A stretch of 63,976 nucleotides of DNA, counting the filler. It is 4 parts of 4 records of this genome, joined end to end, with 100 filler letters (N's around TTAATTAATTAA, not from the genome) between each part and the next. Parts side by side here need not be neighbours in the genome. Positions count along the whole stretch, not along the records: positions 40,085 to 57,478 come from SRR20825006_455; 3 more parts are not named here. The stretch is one strand, 5' to 3'. A program made the position numbers and the translations under genes. Below, one piece after another: positions 40,261 through 50,862 of the stretch. Position 1 is the stretch's first letter. Each line of letters opens with the position of its first letter. Under the pieces are notes generated by a model. The model saw only the letters and a program-made list of their open reading frames with translations, was not told the DNA's origin and did not search any database.

Positions 40261-41430
40261 TTACAATTTAGAACAGATTAACATCACTTTTTTGTCTTCT
40301 AAACTCCTTATAAAGAACAAATAAATAGCACCACCATCAGCAATTTTCCATTTTTTGCGAAGTGTTTCTACAGACTCGGTAAAATTTCGAATAGTAATAT
40401 TAGCTTTTTTAAAAGTAATTGCAGCCCGAATTTCAGATTTTGTATATGGAACTACTTTTTCAATGAGAAATCTTCTACCAGGAAAGTCAATTAGCGTTTC
40501 ATTAGTATAAAGATGTGTGTTTTTATGAAGCTTCTCTACTTTTAATTTTTCTGATAATAAATTGAAAGCACCACTTTTTAATATTGCAGCATTGGGTTCA
40601 TAAAGATATTTTTGAGGTAAACTGTATGTTGTTTCCAGAGTTTCGTTCCAGTGAAAATTAAATGCTTCAATTTCAGGTTTTGTAAAATTTATAGTTTTAA
40701 TTTTTGGATTGGAGACAACATCGTTTTTTAATAGCCAAAGCAATTCTTTTACTTCATTGTTAACCGCTACAATGTGAATTTCAGAAACATTTTTTAATTC
40801 GTTTAATCCTACCGAAATATCCAGCATCGGTGAAGTTTTTATAAGCAAAACCTTACAATTTTTTAATAGTGTATGAATGTTTTCTGGAATGTTAGGCTCA
40901 CAATCATTTAGAAAAAACACTTTTCCTTTGCTTTCATGTCGGCGGGAAGGGTCTATGTAGATAACATCATATTTTGTGTTTAAAACAGCAATCATTCCAT
41001 CACTAGCAAAGCATTCAACAGTTTCTTTACCGAATACCTTAAAATTATTTTTTGCTATTTCTGAAAGCGCTGTATTGATTTCAAAATGATGAATTTTTGC
41101 AATTTTTTCTGAAAAGTAAAAGCTATCCACACCAAAACCACCAGTTACATCTGCCAAAGAATTTCCTGAAACGAGAGAAGCTTTATATTTTGCGGTTATT
41201 TCAGAAGAAGTTTGTTCAAGATTTAGTTTAGGCGGAAAAAAAATATTTAAAGTTTTAAACCAGGTAGGAAGTTTTTTTTCAATCTTTTTTCTGCTTTCTA
41301 TTTGCTGAATTAGTTCTTGAACTAAAATAGTTTCAAAAGGGCTTCCAGCGAAAGCTAGTTTTGAAACTTCGGTGTTGTAATTTCGAATAAAATTTTGGAC
41401 TTCGTTATTTAAAAGTTCTTTATTGTACAA
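40261..41430 (-). CDS. Class I SAM-dependent methyltransferase with a THUMP-like C-terminus
   Basis: LEQTSSE, DVTGGFGVD, YIDPSRR, KTSPMLD and YEPNAAILK motifs. Confidence 0.85.
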   Translation of the reverse strand: MYNKELLNNEVQNFIRNYNTEVSKLAFAGSPFETILVQELIQQIESRKKIEKKLPTWFKTLNIFFPPKLNLEQTSSEITAKYKASLVSGNSLADVTGGFGVDSFYFSEKIAKIHHFEINTALSEIAKNNFKVFGKETVECFASDGMIAVLNTKYDVIYIDPSRRHESKGKVFFLNDCEPNIPENIHTLLKNCKVLLIKTSPMLDISVGLNELKNVSEIHIVAVNNEVKELLWLLKNDVVSNPKIKTINFTKPEIEAFNFHWNETLETTYSLPQKYLYEPNAAILKSGAFNLLSEKLKVEKLHKNTHLYTNETLIDFPGRRFLIEKVVPYTKSEIRAAITFKKANITIRNFTESVETLRKKWKIADGGAIYLFFIRSLEDKKVMLICSKL

Positions 41431-41433
41431 GGA

Positions 41434-42528
41434 TTACATATTTCGTGTGAGACGTTTTACAACTTTATATTCAGAAAGAAATTCTTTTGCAATTACTTTT
41501 AAAGCTGTATAGGTAGGGACAGCAAGGATCATCCCAGGAATGCTAAAAACAAAACCGCCAATTAAAATAACCATAAAAATTTCTAAAGGGTGGGAGCGAA
41601 CACTATGTCCAAAAATAACAGGTTGTGATATAAAATTATCAAAAATTTGCGCAATAGAATAACCCGCAGTTGCTATTAAAAGTAAAGGAAGTAGCCCAGA
41701 TGAAAAATCTGCTCCTAAATTATTTGAAACTACAACAAGTAATACCAAAACCCAGCCAATAACAGGGCCTAAATACGGGACTATATTTAAAAATGCACAA
41801 ATTAATGCAACTGCTACAGCATCATTTATATCTAAATAAAGTAATAAAACCGAATAAAATAATGAGAGAATAAAAATTTGCACTAATAGCCCAATAAAAT
41901 AACGAGATAGTAACTCTTTAATTTTAATTAGAATTCTTTTAAATCTTTCTTCATCACCAGTTTTGGCAAAAGCGAGTACCGAACGGGCGATAAGGCTTTC
42001 ATCTTTCAAAAGAAAAAAGGAAATAAATAATACCGAGAAAATTCCAATAATAGTACTAGCAAGGTTTCCGAAGAAAATATCTATAAAACTTGGAATTATT
42101 TCAGCATTTAGATTTTGAATATAGGTAGTTCTTTTTATGGCTTCAACCAACTGAAAATGTTCAACGCCAAGATAATCACTAGCTTGGATGTTTAGTTCAT
42201 TAAGATCTTGTTTAACCTGCTCAAAATCTATTTGAGAGATGTGCTTTCCTTGTTCGATAATTATGGGAACAAAAATGCTAAGTAGTAAACTAAAAGTACC
42301 AATTATCATTAAAAGGGTTACCACTGAAGCAAAAGTGTTTCTAAACTTCAGTCTTCTTTTCAAAAATAACACAACGGGTCGTCCGATTAGGGATAAAACA
42401 ACTGCAAGACCAATGTAGAGAATAAGTGCTTGGATTTCGAAAAGAAACCATATAAAAATAAAAACAGCCGCTAAAACAGCGAGTGCTTTTAATATACCGA
42501 TAGTTATAGCTTTTGCGGTGGTTTTCAC
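41434..42528 (-). CDS. AI-2E family transporter
   Basis: Multiple TM helices; NIVPYLGP, QIFDNFISQP, HPLEI and GMILAVP motifs. Confidence 0.9.
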   Translation of the reverse strand: MKTTAKAITIGILKALAVLAAVFIFIWFLFEIQALILYIGLAVVLSLIGRPVVLFLKRRLKFRNTFASVVTLLMIIGTFSLLLSIFVPIIIEQGKHISQIDFEQVKQDLNELNIQASDYLGVEHFQLVEAIKRTTYIQNLNAEIIPSFIDIFFGNLASTIIGIFSVLFISFFLLKDESLIARSVLAFAKTGDEERFKRILIKIKELLSRYFIGLLVQIFILSLFYSVLLLYLDINDAVAVALICAFLNIVPYLGPVIGWVLVLLVVVSNNLGADFSSGLLPLLLIATAGYSIAQIFDNFISQPVIFGHSVRSHPLEIFMVILIGGFVFSIPGMILAVPTYTALKVIAKEFLSEYKVVKRLTRNM

Positions 42529-42607
42529 AAAGTAAATATACTATTTTCCAATGTAGGAAAAATCAAAGTTATGTTAAGGAATGAAAAGCTAATGTTTAAA
42601 AATCGAG

Positions 42608-42946
42608 TTATTTTTTTCTTGGAATCATTATTTTATTAAAGTCACTAGCTTTTTTATAAGCGTCAAAGTAAATCCAGATTGGGATAGTGACTGTTAGAGT
42701 AGCTATAAAGCCAAAGACAAAAATAGTTCCTGTAAGTAATATTGCTAAAATAAGTGAAATTAAACCTACACGTTTTGAAGGTTCAGCAAAGATTCGGTTG
42801 ATGTGTTTTTTTTCTAAAATACCGCAGTTGGAGCATCGATTATTAATTTCATCGCCAAATTCCATTTGAAGTTCAAACCTGTTTTTGGCAGTTGTTTTTA
42901 TGAAATTTTTCTTCTTACAAGATCTACAATAATAACTAAGCTTCAT
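42608..42946 (-). CDS. Small hypothetical protein with a Zn-ribbon and a TM hairpin
   Basis: CRSC...CSNC followed by a hydrophobic stretch. Confidence 0.7.
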   Translation of the reverse strand: MKLSYYCRSCKKKNFIKTTAKNRFELQMEFGDEINNRCSNCGILEKKHINRIFAEPSKRVGLISLILAILLTGTIFVFGFIATLTVTIPIWIYFDAYKKASDFNKIMIPRKK

Positions 42947-42949
42947 TTA

Positions 42950-43594
42950 TTAGTTTTCAAACACATATTTAATAATATTGGCGCCCATTTGGAGTGCTTT
43001 TAATCTAACATCTTGTGGGTCGTTATGAACTTCTGGGTTTTCCCAGCCATCGCCAAGATCGGTTTCAAAAGTATATAGAAGCACCAATCGCTCTTCCACA
43101 AAAATGCCAAAAGCTTGTGGACGCGCGCCATCATGTTCGTGAATTTTTGGTATTCCTTGCGGAAATTTATAAAAATAACTAAATAAAGGATGGTTTGCGG
43201 GAAGCTCTTTTAATTCTGCACTTGGAAAAATTTTCACAATTTCTTTTCGGATATATTGGTCAATTCCATAATTATCATCAATATGAAGAAAACCACCGCT
43301 TATTAAGTAATTTCGAAGGTTTTGAGCTTCTTCAGCTGAAAAGAAAACATTTCCATGCCCCGTCATATGTACAAACGGATAGTCAAAAATATCTACACTT
43401 CCAGGAGTAACAGTTTTTGTTTTTTCCTTTATTGCAGTATCTATAGTTTCATTGCAAAATTTTGCAAGATTGGGAAGAGATGTTGGGTTTGAATACCAAT
43501 CGCCACCGCCGCCATATTGCAATAATGCTATTTCCTGAGCGGAAATATTTCCGATGAAAAATGAAAAGAAAACTAAGTAAAGTGTGATTCGCAT
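42950..43594 (-). CDS. DUF4159-like exported protein
   Basis: GGGDWY, HMTGHGN, GGFLHIDDNYG and DLGDGWE motifs. Confidence 0.8.
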   Translation of the reverse strand: MRITLYLVFFSFFIGNISAQEIALLQYGGGGDWYSNPTSLPNLAKFCNETIDTAIKEKTKTVTPGSVDIFDYPFVHMTGHGNVFFSAEEAQNLRNYLISGGFLHIDDNYGIDQYIRKEIVKIFPSAELKELPANHPLFSYFYKFPQGIPKIHEHDGARPQAFGIFVEERLVLLYTFETDLGDGWENPEVHNDPQDVRLKALQMGANIIKYVFEN

Positions 43595-43643
43595 AACTTC
43601 AAAAGTACAATTTCAAAAAAGAATAATTAATACGATTTGCTTT

Positions 43644-44354
43644 TTATTCATTCATAAAAGCAACGCTATGGCAAGCAACAACAGCAGCGGTTTCAGTGCG
43701 CAAACGACTTTCACCCAAAGTAACTGGAATAAAACCTGCTTTTTTTGCGATTTCAATTTCATTAGAAGAAAAATCACCTTCAGGACCAATAAGAATAGTA
43801 ACTTTCTGGTTTTGGGATAAAACAGATTTTAATGATCTTTTATCGGTTTCCTCGCAATGTGCAATGCATTTTAAACCTTCGGAAGTGTTTTTTGCATTCA
43901 TAAAATCTTTAAACGAAATAGCTTCATTTAAAATAGGTAGATATGCTTTTAAAGATTGCTTCATCGCACTTTGAAGTATTTTTTCGTACCGTTCTGGTTT
44001 TATGACTTTTCGCTCGCTATGGTCGCAAATTATTGGGGTTATTTGAGTTATTCCTATTTCAGTTGCTTTTTCTAAAAACCATTCATAACGATCGTTCAAT
44101 TTTGTGGGTGCAACAACCAAATGCAGTTGATAGGACAGTGGCGATTGTTTTTCCTCAGAAAGAATTTTCACTAAGCACCCTTTTGGGTTTGCATTGGTAA
44201 TTTCCGCATCAAAAAAAGAACCTTTACCGTTTGTAATTTTAAAAGTATCGCCTTGATTCATCCGTAAAACCTTGATAATATGACGGCTTTCTTCCTTATC
44301 GAAAGTAATTTCATTAGCAATTTCTGAAATATTTGGATTATAGAAAAGTTGCAT
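43644..44354 (-). CDS. rsmE: 16S rRNA m3U1498 methyltransferase
   Basis: HIIKVLR, EKATEIG, IGPEGDF and LRTETA motifs. Confidence 0.95.
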   Translation of the reverse strand: MQLFYNPNISEIANEITFDKEESRHIIKVLRMNQGDTFKITNGKGSFFDAEITNANPKGCLVKILSEEKQSPLSYQLHLVVAPTKLNDRYEWFLEKATEIGITQITPIICDHSERKVIKPERYEKILQSAMKQSLKAYLPILNEAISFKDFMNAKNTSEGLKCIAHCEETDKRSLKSVLSQNQKVTILIGPEGDFSSNEIEIAKKAGFIPVTLGESRLRTETAAVVACHSVAFMNE

Positions 44355-44394
44355 TCGGTATCGCTTTTTTTAATAAATGAGCTTGATGTATTTC

Positions 44395-45273
44395 TTAATT
44401 AGACACCACTTCTGGTCTTTTTCCAAGTTGCCACATTAAAATGCCACCTGTTATAAACATCCAAATAGCGTATGCTGCAGTTGGAATTCCCATCTCAACA
44501 TTGTTTAAAATGGTAGTTGCAATTACAATTGCTAAGGTTCCGTTTTGTATACCGCTTTCAACAGTGATGGAAATTGCACTTTTAAAATTCAATTTAAATA
44601 ACCTAGCCGTTAAATACCCCAAGCCCATAGTTAGTATATTTAATAGCAAAGTAACCAATCCAACTTCTTTCATAGCTTTCCCAATAATATTGAAATTTGC
44701 AGTAACCACTGCTACGAAAACTAAAATAAATATAACTGTTGAAGCAATTCGCATTGGCTTTTCCATTCGTTTTGCAAAGGTTGTTTTGAATTTGCGAATG
44801 CTCATTCCAATAGCAATAGGAATGATTGTGATTACCATTATTTGAAGAATTGTATCTAAAATGGGTAATTTGATGGTGACATTGGTAGCTGCGCCAAAAA
44901 ATTGTAATGTGTATGATAAAATAAACGGTATTGTAAGCACACTAACAATACTAGCAATTGCAGTTAGGGTGACGGACAACGCGATATTTCCTCTGCATAT
45001 TTGGGTTATTAAGTTACTCGTTGGGCCTCCAGGACAAGAAGCTAAAATCATTAATCCAACGGCCATTATTGGTTCTAAATTAAATATTATTGCTAATGAA
45101 AAACCAATGATTGGCAAAAATAAAAGTTGATTGGTTAGTCCAATTATAATGGTTTTTGGGTTTTTTAGAATTCTAGTAAAATCGGAAGTTAATAAAGTCA
45201 TTCCCATGCCAAGCATAATAATAGCAAGCGATATGGGTAAAAATACTTTGCCTATTAGTTCAGCTGTTGTCAT
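44395..45273 (-). CDS. Bile acid:sodium symporter family protein
   Basis: MLGMG, CPGGPTSN and ESGIQNG motifs. Confidence 0.9.
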   Translation of the reverse strand: MTTAELIGKVFLPISLAIIMLGMGMTLLTSDFTRILKNPKTIIIGLTNQLLFLPIIGFSLAIIFNLEPIMAVGLMILASCPGGPTSNLITQICRGNIALSVTLTAIASIVSVLTIPFILSYTLQFFGAATNVTIKLPILDTILQIMVITIIPIAIGMSIRKFKTTFAKRMEKPMRIASTVIFILVFVAVVTANFNIIGKAMKEVGLVTLLLNILTMGLGYLTARLFKLNFKSAISITVESGIQNGTLAIVIATTILNNVEMGIPTAAYAIWMFITGGILMWQLGKRPEVVSN

Positions 45274-45328
45274 AGGATGATTGATTAGTTAGTTGAAATA
45301 TATAAATTTTATTTTCAATCATAATTTT

Positions 45329-46351
45329 TTAAAACTTCATCCGCGCTGAAGCAATCACATTATTTTCAGCAAAAGTATTGGTTTTGTATTTTAATTCGCC
45401 CACAATGGCAATCATGGCAGCATTGTCTGTGCAAAATTCAAATTTTGGAATATGAGTTTTCCAGCCATATTTTTTTTCAGCTTCCTGAAGGGCTTTTCTA
45501 ATGCCACTATTTGCTGAAACACCACCACCAATAGCAATTTCATTAATTCCCGTTTTTTTTACGGCGTTTTTCAATTTATCCATCAAATAATCTACGATTG
45601 TAAACTGCAGGCTGGCACAAATATCTTCTATGTTTTCTGAAATAAAATTTGGGTTTTGTTCAACTTCCTTTTGAACGAAATAAAGCACAGAGGTTTTCAG
45701 ACCGCTAAAACTAAAATCAAGTGGATTTACTTTGGGTTTTGGAAAATTAAAGGCTTTTGGGTTTCCTTGTTGTGCATATTTATCAACCAAAGGTCCACCA
45801 GGATAAGGGAGTCCGAGTATTTTTGCACTTTTATCGAATGCTTCACCAACGGCATCATCGATGGTTTGACCAATAATTTCCATTTCAAAATAATCAGTCA
45901 CTTTTACTATTTGCGTATGGCCTCCACTAATTGTCATAGCCAAAAAAGGAAACTTTGGTGTTGTTTGACCTTCCGCCTTTATAAAATGTGCTAAAATATG
46001 TGCTTGCATATGGTTAACATCTATCAACGGAATGTTTAGCCCCATGGCCAAAGATTTTGAAAATGAGGTGCCTACAAGTAACGAACCCATTAAGCCAGGA
46101 CCGCGTGTAAAAGCAATGGCGGATAACTGATTTTTGTCGATATTTGCTATGCGTAATGCTTGATGAACTACAGGAACAATATTTTGTTGATGTGCACGTG
46201 AGGCAAGTTCAGGCACTACGCCGCCGTATTGTTCATGAATAGCCTGTGTGGCAACAACATTGCTAAGTATAGTGCCGTTGTTGATTACAGCAGCTGCAGT
46301 ATCGTCGCAGGAAGATTCAATGCCAAGTATGTAACAGTTTTTTTGTGTCAA
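45329..46351 (-). CDS. tsaD: tRNA t6A37 threonylcarbamoyltransferase
   Basis: GIESSCDDT, GGVVPELASRAH, HMQAH, SGGHT and DNAAMI motifs. Confidence 0.97.
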   Translation of the reverse strand: MTQKNCYILGIESSCDDTAAAVINNGTILSNVVATQAIHEQYGGVVPELASRAHQQNIVPVVHQALRIANIDKNQLSAIAFTRGPGLMGSLLVGTSFSKSLAMGLNIPLIDVNHMQAHILAHFIKAEGQTTPKFPFLAMTISGGHTQIVKVTDYFEMEIIGQTIDDAVGEAFDKSAKILGLPYPGGPLVDKYAQQGNPKAFNFPKPKVNPLDFSFSGLKTSVLYFVQKEVEQNPNFISENIEDICASLQFTIVDYLMDKLKNAVKKTGINEIAIGGGVSANSGIRKALQEAEKKYGWKTHIPKFEFCTDNAAMIAIVGELKYKTNTFAENNVIASARMKF

Positions 46352-46400
46352 AGCAAAAAGGGTATATTTATTGACTGTAAAATTAAAACTTTAAAAGCGT

Positions 46401-49400
46401 ATCAAAAAACTTCGGAAAATAATAGTTCGCACCTTTGTAATCATTGTATTGCTTCTTGTGCTCATCATCATTATTTTTTCTATTCCTGCGGTGCAAACAT
46501 GGGCAGCAAAGAAAGTTACAGCCAATATTAACGAAACTTACGGTACCGATATTCAAATTAATCGTTTAGGGCTTAACTGGAAAGGGGAAGTGGATATTCG
46601 AGAGGTTTTTATTGCCGATCATCACCAAGATACTTTAATTTATAGCAAAGAGCTGCAAACTAACATTGTTAGTATTAAAAATTTGATACAAGGCGATTTG
46701 GGTTTTGGTAACATCGCTCTAAATTATGCCAAATTGTATGTTAAAACATATAAAGACGAAGACACGGATAACCTATCCATTTTTGCTGAAAAGTTTGACA
46801 CAGGAAAACCTAGTACTTCTCCTTTTACCATGAATAGCGATGAAGTAAGTTTAGCCAATAGTCGTGTGAAAATTATTGATGAAAACCTTGAAAACTCTGA
46901 AGTTTTTGTTCTTGATAATGTAACAATTGATGCTTCAAATTTAAAAATTATCGGTCCAGATGTTACAACGAATATTGAAAGTCTGTCATTAATTGCTGCT
47001 CGAGGTCTTGAAATTAAAGACCTGCAGGCAGATTTTTCATACACTTCAACAAATATTACTTTCAAAAATTTAAATCTTGAAACTACTGAATCTCAAATTG
47101 TTGGTGCTATAGATTTAGATTACTCAAAAAATGGAATGGCAGATTTTGTTAACGATGTTTTGATTACTGCCAATTTTAATGACTCCAAAATTTCAACAAA
47201 TGATCTAAATAGTTTTTACAATGAGTTTGGGCCAAATCAAATAATTATTTTTGAATCTGAATTTAATGGAACTTTAAACAACTTTAAAGCAGATAATTTA
47301 AAGCTTGCAACTGGAGATACCAATATACAAGGTGATTTTGCTTTTCAGAATATTTTAGATGCTGATAAAGAATATGCTATAACCGCTTCAAACCATACTA
47401 TTGGAACAAATTATTATGATTTACGAAGGTTTATGCCACGAGTTTTAGGCGAAGTTATACCTGAAGAATTAAAGGAATTAAGCAATTTTAATCTCAGTGG
47501 TACTACATCAATAATTGGTAGTGAACTCAAAACAAAAAGTGTTTTAAAAAGTGGAATAGGACAGGCAAATATTGACCTTAATATGGGCAATATTACAGAT
47601 ATCGACAATGCGTATTATAAAGGTAATATTGTACTCAAGGATTTTAACCTTGGGAAAATTTCAAAAACAACTTCACTTGGCAAAATGACGGCCAACCTTG
47701 ACTTTGATGGCCGTGGATTAAATAAAAATACCGTAAATGCAGAAATTTCAGGCGCGGTTTCTTCTTTTAATTTTGAAGGATATAACTATCAAAACATAGA
47801 GGTCTCAGGGGTTTTAAAAAACCCTCTTTTTAATGGAGAACTTTCTATAAATGACCCAAATTTAAAACTAAATTTTAAAGGTTTAATAAATGCTTCCACA
47901 GATACAAATCAATTAGATTTTGAAGCAGATGTAGAATATGCTGAACTTAATAAGTTAAACCTTATAACACGTGATAGCATATCAGTTTTTACTGGAAAAG
48001 TTGTTGTTGATATGGAAGGGAAAACGATTGATGATGTTGTGGGAACAATTAATTTCAACCAAACTTTCTATCAAAACGAACGGGATTACTATTATTTTGA
48101 TGATTTTACAGTTACTTCATCTTTTAACGGGCCTGTACGAACCATAGATATAAATTCTCCAGACATAATAAATGGTGCAATTTCAGGCGAGTTTTTAATT
48201 GCAGATATCCCCAATCTTTTTCAGAATGGAATAGCTAGTATTTATGCGAATTATATTCCGCAGGAGGTAACTACAAACCAGTATATAGATTATGAATTTG
48301 TAGTTTATAACAAAATTGTTGATGTTTTCGTACCTCAATTAAAACTTGGTGATAATACTCGAATTAAAGGGTCGGTTTCTTCTGATGAATCTAAGTTTGA
48401 ATTAGATTTTCGTTCCCCAGAAATATTGCTTTTTGATAATTATATAAGTAAACTAAATGTTCAGGTAGACAATGATAATCCATTATATAACACCTATATA
48501 GCTGCAGATTCTGTGTACACTGGTTTTTATAATTTAATAGATCTTAACGTAATAAATAAAACATTAAACGATACAATGTATGTACGTTCAGAATTTAAGG
48601 GAGGTACAAAAAAAGAAGACCTATTTAACCTTTCTCTTTACCATACAATTAACCCTGCGGGGAAATCTGTTATCGGGGTAAAAAAGTCTGATATTAACTA
48701 TAAAGGTAATGTTTGGTACTTAAATGAAACCAACAACCGTTTGAATAAAGTTGTTTTTGATGATAATTTTAATGAAGTTAGAATCGACTCATTGGTACTA
48801 AGTCATAATGAGGAATTAATACAAATGGCTGGAGTAATCCGTGATTCCACATATAAAGATTTAAAAGTTCGTTTTAAAGATGTAAATATTGGAAATATAA
48901 CTCCCGAAATTGATAGTCTTCGCCTTAAAGGAAATGTGAACGGTAAGTTTGATTTTATGCAAAAAAACGGTGCGTATTATCCAAATAGTGCCGTGACTAT
49001 TGATAAAGTGATGATTAATGAAATTCCATTTGGAGATTTAAAATTAAACATAAATGGTAACGAAGATTTAACCAAATATCAAATCAACACCTCATTAACT
49101 AATAACGAGGTAAAATCTATTAATGCCGTTGGTGAAATCGATGTTTCTCCTCAAAATCCACAAATATTATTAAATGTAGCACTTAATCAATTTAATATGC
49201 AAGCATTTAGCCCATTTGGAGCCGATGTTATTACAGACATTCGTGGGTTAATTTCTGGTAGTGCTAAAGTTTCAGGAAGCTATAAATCGCCTGATATTTT
49301 GGGGCGTTTCACTTTGGAAAACAGTGGATTAAAAATTCCGTATTTAAATACAGATTTTGATATTGAAAATAATGCACAAATTATTGTTACAAAGAATAAA

Positions 49401-50840
49401 TTTCAAATAGGCTACACACAAATTATAGATACAAAACACAAAACAGAAGGATTACTTTCGGGTAATGCAACGCATACTAATTTCGGCGATTGGGCGCTAA
49501 ACTTGGTAATAGACGCTCCAGAAAGATTATTAGTTTTAGACACCCCCCCAGATGAAGATGCACTTTATTACGGGACTGCTTTTATAAGCGGAAGCGCCAA
49601 AATTAATGGACCTATTGATGAGTTAGAGATAAATGTAGATGCCACCACTGAAAAAGGAACGAGTTTTAAAATACCAATTAGTGAAACGGAATCAATTAGT
49701 GATGATTCATTTGTGCATTTTCTTTCACCTAAAGAAAAAGAAGCGCGTATTAACGGCGAGTCTATAGTTGAAGAAGAAGCAAAAGGACTGACACTTAATT
49801 TTGACTTAAACATAAACAAAAACGCTGAAGTTGAAGTTGTTGTAGATAAAGTGAACAACTCTACATTAAAAGGTCGTGGTGCAGGAATTCTTTTGATTGA
49901 AATAAATACTAATGGAAAATTTCAGATGTATGGTGATTTTCAAGTGTTTGAAGGTCAGTACGATTTTCGTTATGGAGGTATTATTCAACGAAATATTGAA
50001 GTGGTGCCCGGAGGAAATATAACGTGGGATGGTGCTCCTGAAAAAGCGAATCTTAATTTGAGCGCAATGTATAAAACTAAAGCAAATCCTTCAGTTTTAT
50101 TAGACAATCCTTCTGCAAATGCTAAAATAGATGTTGATGTTTCTGTAGGATTAAAAGGGGAGCTTGCGCAACCAGAGTTGTCATTTAATATAGATTTTCC
50201 TTCTGCAAGTTCTACATTAAAAAGTGAGTTGCAATACAAGCTTCAAAACCAAGAGCAGATGCAAAATCAAGCACTTTTCCTTTTGGCTTCAAACTCTTTT
50301 GTAAATGATAATTATGCCGGTTCTAATGCGTTTGCAGGAACTTTGGCAGATAGAGTTTCTGGCTTGGTAAATGATCTTTTCTCAGATCAAGATGGAAAAT
50401 TTAGTGTAGGTTTAGATTACTCTGTGGGCGATAGAACACCAAATCAAGAAACAGCAGACCGTTTAGGGATTACACTTTCTACACAGATTAACGAACGAAT
50501 TCTAATTAATGGAAAGGTTGGGGTGCCAGTTGGTGGTGCTAATGAAACTGCCGTGGCGGGAGATATTGAAGTGCAATGGCTAATTAATGAAGATGGCAGC
50601 TTGCGAATGAAATTCTTCAACCGTCAAGCAGATATACAATTTATTGGGGAAGATCAAATTTTTGAACAAGGCGCAGGTATCTCATATTCTGTAGATTTCA
50701 ATACTTTTCGCGAACTGTATCAAAAGCTATTTAATAAGAAATTGACCTTGGAGTCTGAACAACCAATCATTCCACCTGACAATGATTTTCCTGTTGATTT
50801 TAAACCACAGGGAACTAAAAGTGAAGAAGATGGAGAATAA
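46401..50840 (+). CDS. tamB: Translocation/assembly module TamB-like protein (ORF track start TTG 46449; ATC 46401 proposed)
   Basis: N-terminal membrane anchor followed by PAVQT, long beta-rich body, C-terminal NERILINGKVG and QGAGISYSVDF. Confidence 0.85.
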   Translation: MKKLRKIIVRTFVIIVLLLVLIIIIFSIPAVQTWAAKKVTANINETYGTDIQINRLGLNWKGEVDIREVFIADHHQDTLIYSKELQTNIVSIKNLIQGDLGFGNIALNYAKLYVKTYKDEDTDNLSIFAEKFDTGKPSTSPFTMNSDEVSLANSRVKIIDENLENSEVFVLDNVTIDASNLKIIGPDVTTNIESLSLIAARGLEIKDLQADFSYTSTNITFKNLNLETTESQIVGAIDLDYSKNGMADFVNDVLITANFNDSKISTNDLNSFYNEFGPNQIIIFESEFNGTLNNFKADNLKLATGDTNIQGDFAFQNILDADKEYAITASNHTIGTNYYDLRRFMPRVLGEVIPEELKELSNFNLSGTTSIIGSELKTKSVLKSGIGQANIDLNMGNITDIDNAYYKGNIVLKDFNLGKISKTTSLGKMTANLDFDGRGLNKNTVNAEISGAVSSFNFEGYNYQNIEVSGVLKNPLFNGELSINDPNLKLNFKGLINASTDTNQLDFEADVEYAELNKLNLITRDSISVFTGKVVVDMEGKTIDDVVGTINFNQTFYQNERDYYYFDDFTVTSSFNGPVRTIDINSPDIINGAISGEFLIADIPNLFQNGIASIYANYIPQEVTTNQYIDYEFVVYNKIVDVFVPQLKLGDNTRIKGSVSSDESKFELDFRSPEILLFDNYISKLNVQVDNDNPLYNTYIAADSVYTGFYNLIDLNVINKTLNDTMYVRSEFKGGTKKEDLFNLSLYHTINPAGKSVIGVKKSDINYKGNVWYLNETNNRLNKVVFDDNFNEVRIDSLVLSHNEELIQMAGVIRDSTYKDLKVRFKDVNIGNITPEIDSLRLKGNVNGKFDFMQKNGAYYPNSAVTIDKVMINEIPFGDLKLNINGNEDLTKYQINTSLTNNEVKSINAVGEIDVSPQNPQILLNVALNQFNMQAFSPFGADVITDIRGLISGSAKVSGSYKSPDILGRFTLENSGLKIPYLNTDFDIENNAQIIVTKNKFQIGYTQIIDTKHKTEGLLSGNATHTNFGDWALNLVIDAPERLLVLDTPPDEDALYYGTAFISGSAKINGPIDELEINVDATTEKGTSFKIPISETESISDDSFVHFLSPKEKEARINGESIVEEEAKGLTLNFDLNINKNAEVEVVVDKVNNSTLKGRGAGILLIEINTNGKFQMYGDFQVFEGQYDFRYGGIIQRNIEVVPGGNITWDGAPEKANLNLSAMYKTKANPSVLLDNPSANAKIDVDVSVGLKGELAQPELSFNIDFPSASSTLKSELQYKLQNQEQMQNQALFLLASNSFVNDNYAGSNAFAGTLADRVSGLVNDLFSDQDGKFSVGLDYSVGDRTPNQETADRLGITLSTQINERILINGKVGVPVGGANETAVAGDIEVQWLINEDGSLRMKFFNRQADIQFIGEDQIFEQGAGISYSVDFNTFRELYQKLFNKKLTLESEQPIIPPDNDFPVDFKPQGTKSEEDGE

Positions 50841-50862
50841 TAAAATTTATAAGTTAAGCTTC

